Assembly (NCBI GenBank): GCA_950097015.1
Contig: CATNEN010000038.1
Location: 15,376,001 to 15,440,000, forward strand
DNA: 64,000 bases
Source: Macrostomum hystrix
Lineage: Eukaryota; Animalia; Platyhelminthes
Direction of reading: 5' to 3'
The translations under genes were made by a program, and so were the position numbers. Below, in pieces: positions 51,203 through 60,709 of this stretch (position 1 is the first letter of the stretch; every line of letters starts with the position of its first letter). The notes below the pieces were generated by a model. It was not told where the DNA came from. It ran no database searches and was given only the letters and a program-made list of their open reading frames with translations.

Positions 51203-54200
51203 ATGAGCAAAGTAGTGGTAAGTTTAAAAATACACTCAAATGCAAATTTTTATGCTAAAAAACCGTTTAATTTAATTTAAACTTCTTTTATAACGACAGA
51301 AAAGTCAAGATTTCACAGGCGAGTTCACTTGTTGGACAGGCCAGATCACAGTTTAGACAGGCCAGATCACAGGTTGGACATGCCAGATCACAGGTTGGAC
51401 AGGTTAGTTCACAGGTTGGACAGGTTAGTTCACAGGTTGGACAGGCCAGTTCACAGGTTATAAAGGCCAGATCACAGTTTAGACATGCCAGATCACAGTT
51501 TAGACATGCCAGATCACAGGTTGGACAGGTTAGTTCACAGGTTGGACAGGCCAGTTCACAGGTTGGACAGGCCAGTTCACAGGTTATACAGGCCAGTTCA
51601 CAGGTTAGACAGGCCAGATCACAGTTTAGACATGCCAGATCACAGGTTGGACAGGTTAGTTCACAGGTTGGACAGGCCAGTTCACAGGTTGGACAGGCCA
51701 GTTCACAGGTTGGACAGGCCAGTTCACAGGTTATAAAGGCCAGATCACAGTTTAGACAGGCCAGATCACAGGTTAGACAGGGCAGTTCACAGGCTATACA
51801 GGCCAGATCACAGGTTATACAGGCCAGATCACAGGTTGGACAGGCCAGATCACAGGTTATACAGGGCAGTTCAAAGGCTATACAGGCCAGATCACAGGTT
51901 GGACAGGCCAGATCACAGGTTATACAGGGCAGTTCACAGGCTATACAGGCCAGATCACAGGTTGGACAGGCCAGATCACAGGTTATACAGGGCAGTTCAC
52001 AGGCTATACAGGGCAGTTCACAGGCTATACAGGCCAGATCACAGGTTGGACAGGCCAGATCACAGGTTAGACAGGGCAGTTCACAGGTTAGACAGGGCAG
52101 TTCACAGGTTAGACAGGGCAGTTCACAGGTTAGACAGGGCAGTTCACAGGTTAGACAGGGCAGTTCACAGGTTAGACAGGGCAGTTCACAAGTTAGACAC
52201 CATAATGACAGAGGATTTAATTTGAGTTAAGGTTTCTGTAACGCAATGTGCTGATCCGCATGCAGGAGCTTGGTCGCTTGGCCATTTGCGGCGACTTCAA
52301 CGCTGTTAAACGTCTAGCAACCAAGCAACTGATGCTAGCAGTTGATGAATACGGTTGGACTGCGCTGATGCTAGCTGCCGACTCTGACGATAGCCCACCT
52401 TCATTTGGAAAGTGCATTGAGTACTTTATCTATTTGGGTGCGAACCCGTGCTCGATTGACTCTGACGGCAACACTGCTGCGCACTTTGCGGCTAGGCAAG
52501 ACCATCTGCGGATGCTGGCGCTCCTGCCGTTTAAAGCAAAGTGGCAGTTGAACGGGTAATATTTTTCTTTCAGTTTGTTTAACCTCTTCTGCGCTTACTG
52601 GAGATTTTCTACAGAAGGAAGGAAATTCTGACTACGCAGAAAATCACAGAGAAGGAAATGGCGAGGAAATCGAGAGCCATCTCAACGGCCAGCCAATCAT
52701 GGAGAAAGAGAGGGGAAGGAAATAAAGTTAGGCATCCTATCCGCCAGCCAATCACGGAGATAGAGAGGGGAAGGAAAAGTGAGGCATCTAATCCGGCAGC
52801 CAATCACGCATAAAGAGAGGGTAAGGAAAACATTAGGCATCCTGTCCGCCAGCCAATCGCGGAGAAGGAAAGCTTTTTATGTTGTACCATCCTACCGGCA
52901 GCCAATCACAGGCGAGAGAAGAAGCAAGGAGCGAGGAGCAGTGATTGCTAGCCAATTATTAGCCGCGATTGTATTATTAGACGCTGTTGAGCACGTGCGA
53001 TTGTATCTGAAAAGATCGTAAAGATCTAGTTTCCTTAATTTGCAGTCGGGGAGAAAATCCGCTAATGGAAGCAGTTCGCGCAGGAAATTGGCGATGCGCC
53101 AAGCATCTTCTCTACTTGCTTCGCCAGATGAGATATAACGAGTGCGACACGAGCGATAATGCGAAACGAAGCAATCTGCTTCAGACGCGAAATCGTGAAG
53201 GCCTCACAGCAATGGATCTGGCTCAACGAAATGGCCACTCTGAATTAGCTAAAATCATTCAGATGTAAGGAACAATTAATTTTTTAGACTAAAATTTAAA
53301 GTAAATTATCAGCCTTTTGTATTTGTCTGAAACACGCAAAACAACAATTTTTTAGAGAGTTGAGACTTGAGGTGGACGAAGATGGCAGACTCTACGGCCT
53401 GACTGACTCGGTAAGTTACATGCTAGAACATAGCTTGCTATATTTGCTATATTTGCTTGCTAAATCAGCAAGGCTTATTTTGCTGAACGATAGTAACACT
53501 TTGTTACTTTGATGGTCGCAGGTAGTGTAGCACCTGTTTGAGGGTCGTGAGTGGTTTAGCACCTGTTTGTCAGTCGTAGGTAGTTTAGCACCTTTTTGAC
53601 GGTCACAGGTAGTTTAGCACCTGTTTGACAGTCACAGGTAGTTTAGCACCTGTTTGACGGTCACAGGTAGTTTAGCACTGGTTTGACAGTCACAGGTAGT
53701 TTAGCACCTGTTTGACGGTCACAGGTAGTTTAGCACCTGTTTGACGGTCACAGGTAGTTTAGCACCTGTTTGACAGTCACAGGTAGTGGCACCTGTTTAA
53801 AAAATGCCTACGTAAAATCAACTGATTCCCTTTTCTTGTTTTAAAGTACGTGATTCACAAGGTTGTATTCAACACAATAGAGAATGGTTTCCCAGAAGTT
53901 AAGAAACGGCTTTTCCGTACAGGAGGATCAGCAACTGGGAATTGTGCACAGATTGGCTAAGTCTAACAACTTGTCACAACTGATACGAACTGCTGACTGC
54001 GTCAACTGCGACCTGCCAGAGTCTGAAGGACCGACCGCTCTCATGAGGGCCTGCGCCAATTGCACCAGCAGCCGGTTGGCCGACTGGATGTCGCTGATGA
54101 AATGCGCCGACATCACCTGCGCCAGCGTTGGCGGCCTCACGAGCCTGCACTGGGCGGCTAGGGCTGGAAATTCTGTCGCCGTCGAGGCCCTACTGACAGC

Positions 54201-56129
54201 CGGCGCCAATCCGAACGAAGTTGACGACGTCAACGCCAGGACGCCGCTGATGCTGGCGTCGATCGGAGCTCCGACTGAAGGCGGCGTCGACGCTTCGGTT
54301 GGTCGCACGCTGCTGGCAGGCGGAGCCGACTGGAGCCTGACGGACGTCAGGGGCAAGACTGCGCTGGATTTGGCCAAGGATTATCGACGCAACGGCCTGG
54401 CTGACCTACTGCAACAGTGAGTTGCGATAGAGAGCTACGACACTGCTCTCATTATTTTATAATAATAATAATAATAGTTGTCATAATGTTAATAATTGCA
54501 GTAGGGCGGGCAATGGCACATCATTTGGTGACACACTTGACCCGCAGCTAGCGAGGAGGCAATTCTGCCCATTTCGCTGACTCCTGAGCACACACGCACA
54601 CAGATACTGTACGCAGGCACACGCTCACACAGGTGTGTACATCTGCGCTGACTTTCTCATCGTCAGGCAGTGTACACTTTCATTGTGCCTTGCAGGTTGA
54701 CCCTGGAGGGCGTGAATTGAACGACAAGCCCTCAAGCCTTCTCTCCGCGGCTGCGCCAAAAAAGAATGTGGCCTCGACGCGAAATCGAGCTCAGGGACCT
54801 TGGCGCTTCAGGCGAATCCTTTAACCACTCCGCCACCTTTCCCTCGACCTTTGTCATTGAAACATACTGAAAACAATTCGCTACACAACAATCAACAGTG
54901 ATTCGCAACCTTCTCTCCACGGTCAGGTATCGAAGCAAACGCTTTTTCGATGAACCAGTCCATCTGACAATGTCGAGCCAACAAAGGATGCCGCATTCAT
55001 ACAGTGCAGCGGGCACCGATGGTGATAACCAGATGCCCTTGTCATATCGCCTACCAAAAGCAGCCACGATGCCTACAATGCAAGTTAAATTTGCATTAAA
55101 TTCACTAAATTAATCTAAGTGCTTACGTGGTAGGCTTAGAGGCCATGTTAAATGGAACGAAAAATGCTTCACAAAAGCCAGTGGAAAACGGAAACGATGA
55201 AAAGCTGAGAAAAATGAGAACTGGTGGAAGCTGGGATAGCAGTCAGGGTCAAACAATAGCAGGAAAGCTAAAAAATCTTGATAGCTAGGTTTTATGTTCT
55301 CAAGGAAAGTGCAATGTTAGCATAGTTGATTGTATTCCTTATTTTTTTCATTCAATTTAGGAATTCGATTTTACAACGCAGCTATCGAGTAACTATTCCA
55401 CAGGGCATCTGTCTGATCATCAACAACAACACATTCAAAGACGGTACGAACCTCAAAGAACGATTTGGATCGACTTATGATGTCAATCGGGTGTTGAATC
55501 TGTTCACTCTTCTTCAATTCAAAGTTGAAGTGAAGCAGGATTTGACACGCTCAGAAATGATTAGTTGTTTCGAGCAGATTGGCAGGATGGATCACAGTCG
55601 ATTTGGCACATTTGTCTGCTTCCTCATGTCTCACGGAAGCGATGGTGTCGTCTACGGCACCGATGGCTTGACCATAGACCTGCAGAGCACTCTGGTGAGC
55701 CCACTGCAGGCCAGCCGGTGCAGAAGCCTCAGCGACAAGCCCAAGATATTCTTCGTGCAAGCATGTCGCGGCGCTCATGACAATCTAGTTTCTCCGCAGT
55801 ACGACTCCGATAGCGACCAGTTCTGTCCGAACGAGGCTGACTTCCTATTCTGCTATTCCAATGTCGAGGGTTACAAGAGCTACCGTAGTTGGGAAAGTGG
55901 ATCGCCGTTTATCAAACAGCTCTGCCAAGTCATTAAAACACATCACTCGAAGCATCACCTCACCGACATGATGAATGAAGTGAATCACATTGTGAGAAGC
56001 TGGCAGTTCACTAGGTCAACTGAGAAAGAAGAACCGGCTACAATGTGCATGGTGCCAAGCTATGTGTCCCGGCTGGGTGGCACGGTTTGGTTCGACCCGG
56101 GACGGGCAAGCAAGCTACAAACTTCCTGA
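51203..56129 (+). CDS. Ankyrin-repeat + caspase (peptidase C14A) fusion protein; exons 51203-51217, 52266-52555, 53046-53264, 53356-53410, 53923-54416, 54927-55079, 55361-56129; 664 aa
   Basis: Ankyrin motifs GWTALMLAA, GNTAAHFAA, GENPLMEAV, GLTAMDLA, GPTALMRAC, GLTSLHWAA, RTPLMLAS, GKTALDLA; caspase motifs GICLIINN, RFGS..D, LMSHG, KPKIFFVQACRG, ADFL, SYR, GSPFI. All junctions are in phase (1995 nt), the last via GC donor AT|gcaagt. The two domains are clear; the 15-nt first exon and the fusion are modelled. Confidence 0.8.
51330..52200. repeat. 21-bp minisatellite (cacaggttggacaggccagtt)n in ANK-caspase intron 1
   Basis: Visible; explains HRLDRP ORFs. Confidence 0.95.
53510..53800. repeat. 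29-bp minisatellite (ggtagtttagcacctgtttgacggtcaca)n in ANK-caspase intron 4
   Basis: Visible tandem array. Confidence 0.92.
54458..54842 (-). mobile_element. SINE family 1 copy in ANK-caspase intron 5
   Basis: Homologous body and (ATT)n tail; boundaries approximate. Confidence 0.82.
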
Positions 56130-56438
56130 GTGCTCTTCACTGCTTTGCTTCAAGAAGGCATGTATTTTATCTAGACGTAATTTTTTAATCAAGAAAACCA
56201 GTTTACTTTTTGAAAACTGTAACAATATTATTTTATCCTGACCTAAATTATTCATAAGTTTAAAGTTTACTTTTTTAATTTGCATGATTATGGACTTCTG
56301 AGTCACACCCCAACTATAACCGTTGCCAGTGCACCCGAATCCTCGCTGGAGCCCCCCCCTCCAGGGAGGAGGAGGAGGTGCGTCCAACTCCTCGCCGTTC
56401 CCAGAAACCCCTGTTTCATACAAGTTCAAGCATCCTTA

Positions 56439-56805
56439 AAAATACAATAATAATAATTGCAGTAGGGCTGTGGGCAATGGCACATCATCTGGTGACACAC
56501 TAGACCCGCAGCCAGCGAGGAGGCAATTCTGCCCATTTCGCTGACTCCTGAGCACACACGCACACAGATACTGTACGCAGGCACACAATCACACAGGTGT
56601 GTACATCTGCCCTGACTTTTTCATTGTCCGGCAGAGTACACTCTCACTGTGCCTTGGAGGTTGGCCCTCAAGGGCGTAAATTGCACGACAAGCCGCCAAG
56701 CCTTCTCTCCGCGGCTGCGCCCAAAGTAAACGAGGCCTCGCCGTGTGGAATCAAACTAAGGGACTGTGGTGCGAGAAACAAACGCGCTAACCGTTCTGCC
56801 CCCAC
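56439..56805 (-). mobile_element. SINE family 1 full-length copy downstream of the caspase exon
   Basis: 13-bp TSD tcaagcatcctta (56426-38 / 56806-18); tRNA-like head and ATT tail. Confidence 0.86.
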
Positions 56806-57944
56806 TCAAGCATCCTTATTCGGAGTGTCCATGATCATTACGCAAATGTGCGAAATCATTTTATTTAAACACAGACGTTTTTTTCGAAAGAATTTATAAT
56901 ACCATTGTTCTCCCATGGTACTGTATTTTATAGTTCATCTCATAAATCATTTTAAGTGGACAAAATTTTATTTGTAAGTTGTAAGTTGTAAGGTCATTGG
57001 GTGTTTTTGAGCCGATCTACTAGGTAACTAGTAAATTGTACTTTAACCAAGTTTCAAACTTTAACCAAGTAACCATGAAATGAACTTTCTGTCACGTTTT
57101 TTTGTAACTTTCATGCGTTTCTTTCATAAGCGGATTTTTTTATTTACCGTAGAAAGACCTTTGGGCTAATTTAAACGCCAAAAATCATTTATTCTTTTTT
57201 CTGTGTCTTCACAAAATATTTAACTTATCTCCAATATAATCCAGAAAAAATCTTCCGCTAAATCCTATGAAAGCTCTGAAAATCACAAAACATCGCCATC
57301 GGCATCGGGGACAATTTTGGCCATAGACAGTCTGAATTTTAATTTCTTCTGTTTTAATAGAAAGGGACTTTGTTTGAACTGAAACTCCGCAAGCGCTGAT
57401 ATTTCCCAAAGTGTTTGAATTGAAGTTCTGCTTGTTTCTTGTTGTGCCGCGAATTACCGAGGAAAGTGGACTCTTTTAGAATTGGAACGAGATGAGAAGC
57501 TTTTGTATATTTCTATCGGCGATGACCGGCCGCGAGTTAGTATATAGCGAACAGGGGAGAGTGGTGGAAGGAACATAGACATAGACTAAAACGGACTAAA
57601 GCGAGTAAGATAAAAGTGCAATAAACAAGTTGTGATGCAAAACAAGCACGTTAAAGTTCATCGGGTCATTCCATAGAGTTAAGGTTAAACGCCACCTCAT
57701 TTCTTTTGAACAAGACTTTGTTTAAAATAGGAGGTAAAATGGTGTATATCAAATATTATCGATTAGTAAGAAATATAATCGCCAACCAGGCCTATGCAGA
57801 ACAATCTAAGTTGTCCTTGTCACTCACCAGGGCCCTAGACAAGAATCGCGGAATATCCCGACGATGCTGACGTCGAACGGCTTCGAAATTTTTAATTGTT
57901 CATCGTAAAGCGCCCCCGAACTAATAAGAAGTTCTTTTTTTCCA

Positions 57945-58258
57945 GAGAGGTCGTAGCCCAATGGTTAGAGCGTCGGACTCACGACATGAAGGTCGGGGGT
58001 TCGATTCTTGACTCCACTGGAAAAATTTGCGTCCTTTAGCAATGTCAGCTAAAGGACAATATATCCTCTACATTGCTTCAGTTCCCCCAGCTGTTAAACG
58101 TGTACCAGCGTTAGCTGGGGTAACTGAGGGTGGGTGTGGCGTCCCCCCAATTCCTCGACTGAACAGCCGTACGCAGCCTTCAGATGCGCCGCGCAATAGC
58201 TGCGGCTGTGCTGTCGGCTGCACATCTCGGGGCAGGTGTAATCAATAATTAATAATTA
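57945..58258 (+). mobile_element. SINE family 2 (tRNA head + CORE-like body), near full-length
   Basis: tagcccaatgg A box, ggttcgattc B box, CORE-like body, 3' tail ...gggcaggtgtaatcaataatt. Confidence 0.8.
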
Positions 58259-58507
58259 CTATGTAAAGGGCGAAGAAATTGGTCCATAAGGTCGACTTTA
58301 ACAAAAATCGATCATTCGGTTTGGGGGGGCCATCGTGGAGTAGGCGGACCCACCATGAAAAATGGCGTTGTCTTTCTACTATAAACTATAAACTATACGC
58401 TTTCTTTTCTTATTCGAGAATTTTCTTTCCGTATTGATATCTTAAATAGATCCTTGACCTAATACAGATTTTTTATTTAGACTCATAATACTAGTTTATA
58501 GGCTCGT

Positions 58508-58806
58508 AATCATTAATTACACCTGCCCCAATTTGGCCAGATGTGCAGCCGACAGCACAGCCGCAGCTATTACGCGGCGCATCTGAAGGCTGCGTACAGC
58601 TGTTCAGTCCATGGACTGGGGGGACGCCACACCCACCCCCAATTACCCCAGCTGATCCTGGTACCCATTTAACAGCAGGGTGAACTGAAGCAATGCTTAT
58701 TTAAGTGTCTTGCTAAAGGACACAAATTTTTCCAGTGGAGTCAGGAATCGAACCCCCGACCTTCAGAGTCGTTAGTCAGACGCTCTAACCACAAGGCTAC
58801 AACCTC
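58508..58806 (-). mobile_element. SINE family 2, near full-length, inverted relative to the 57945 copy
   Basis: Reverse complement matches the 57945 and 20495 copies. Confidence 0.8.
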
Positions 58807-59529
58807 TTTTAACTTAAAAAATATATATTAAGTCACCTGTTAGACCTGTTAGTCATTGGGTGTCGTTACTAACAAAATGAAATTCCGCGAATTTCAAAAA
58901 GCAAAGAGTGCTTCGTCAAAAAAGCAGAACTGAATATTACAGAAGTAGAGTATCACAATTTATTTTGAATAGACAGTTAAAAAAGTTGGAAGATATTTTA
59001 GATGTCAGTCTACACAGCCATAACTGCGCCAGATATTTCTTTTGTTAAATATATAAAAATAAAACAGCACATTCGTTGCGACATAGTCTACTATAAGTAA
59101 CAGCTGTTGCATTTCGTGCTTATTTATAGAGATAAATAGTAACAAAGCGAAAATAATTGGTTTTGCCATTCTAAAGCATCTTAGCCACGGTTGCTAAGCT
59201 ATAGATCAGTGATCGGCAAACACTACCGTGTTTCATCTCTCCCGCATCTCATCGCTCCGCTGTCTCATCTTTTCCTGTCTCATCTCTCACGTGTCTCATC
59301 TCTCCCCTGTCTCATCTCTCCCCTGTCTCATTTCTTCCCTGTCTCATCTCTCCCGTGTCTCATCCCTTCACTATCTCATCTCCCGTGTCTCATCTCTTGA
59401 GTACAAGTACGAGTACTTTTCAACCGAATCAAATTTTCACTTTCGATGCAACCCGCTTTCATCTTTTGGATTCTGAGTTTGGCCCGCGAGGTAAACAAGG
59501 TTGGCCGAACCATGCCACAGATGATGCAA

Positions 59530-59839
59530 TCAATCGTATGTAGCCCTGAAGCCGCCGCCGCCGCCGCTTCTAGCAGCTCCGGGATTCGCCGGATCCGGCA
59601 GGGCGGCAGCGCCGGGCGCGGCGTCGTCGCGGCCGTGCAGCACCATGGTGCGCACCTCCTCCATCTCGGCGAAGGGAATCCAATCGTCGCCAACTGGACG
59701 CCCGGCGTCAAGACGCTCGCGCTCCGTCTCGAAGACGGTCTCGTGCTTCTCCCAGGCCTGGTCGCAGGCGGCGCACATGAAGGCGGAGTTGAAGGCGCCG
59801 CACGGACAGGAGCGGCACTGGTGCTGCCGGGTGTCGCCT
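59530..59839 (-). CDS. FAM221B: Terminal exon of a FAM221B-like (DUF4475) gene; upstream exons presumably beyond the window end
   Basis: Acceptor ctcag at 59840; HQCRSCPCGAFNSAFMCAACDQAWEKHETVFETERERLDAGRPVGDDWIPFAEM resembles the FAM221B C-terminus (CAACD..WEEHETFF...GRP.G..YVPFAEM). Confidence 0.75.
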
Positions 59840-60709
59840 CTGAGGTGGTGTTGGTTTTGGGAGGCATGTCGTCAATTTAGTGGATAAAAAGTGTGACACA
59901 CTAAAAGTGGGGAACGAACCTCGCGCTGGCAGACCGAGACCGGTTTCTGGCTTGTTTGCCTTCGTCAGTCAGCCATAGCCACACGCAGTCCTCTCCCACC
60001 ACTCTTAGTGTGCACAGAAGTCTGTTTTAAGCTTGCCATTTTTATGGCGATATTTTTTAGTGTTATGTGAGAGTTTTGCAGCCAAGTCTTTGCTTTTCTA
60101 CTGTTGTCAGTAGTCTGAATTGTATCTCTCACAAAAAGGCTTCTATCGACTATCAACTTGGGCCCTTTGGGGCCAACTCAAAGATGCAGTGCTGTGTGTA
60201 CACACTGTACGCTTAACAATAAGAAAGTCATACAAGGCATGTGTATCGCTTGCCCTGTGTGTACGCGCGTGTCCCAGAGCTCGATTCTGCGGCGGGGCCA
60301 CATTCAATTTTCTCCATTCTCGGATCTGCGCTCAAAATAGTTTATTTATATTTATTCGAAAATTACATTCCGCACTCTAGGTCAGTGAAATAGACGGTCT
60401 ATTAATCTTGTTTTTTAAGGACTTTATAAGACTTAGAAATCTGAATGGAATTTAAGTGGGCGTTAGTAGGAAGCAAAAGCCAAAAATAGCAACAGCAGAA
60501 AGTACGAGCAACCGAAAGGAGAATGATTAGACAAAATCCGCCCCCAGAGATCAACTATTCATTTCAGCGCAGGCCCGGTTCGGCATGACAGCAGCTGTGC
60601 CGACGTGGAGCTGGCTGAGACCGGATCCGCAGAGGCGCTGACGTGGAGCTGCCGGAGACCGGATCCGCAGCTGTGCTGACGTGGAACGGCCCCAGCCGGA
60701 CCGACATGC

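Noticed and set aside
56290-57540. Short minus-strand ORF-like patches (PPPPPW; NKQNF) suggesting an exon or transposase relic
   Set aside because: Interrupted frames, no convincing motif series or termini.
57947-58020. tRNA-like sequence with A/B boxes (also 20500, 58735, 27236)
   Set aside because: The acceptor stem does not pair and each continues into a shared SINE body; these are SINE heads, not tRNA genes.
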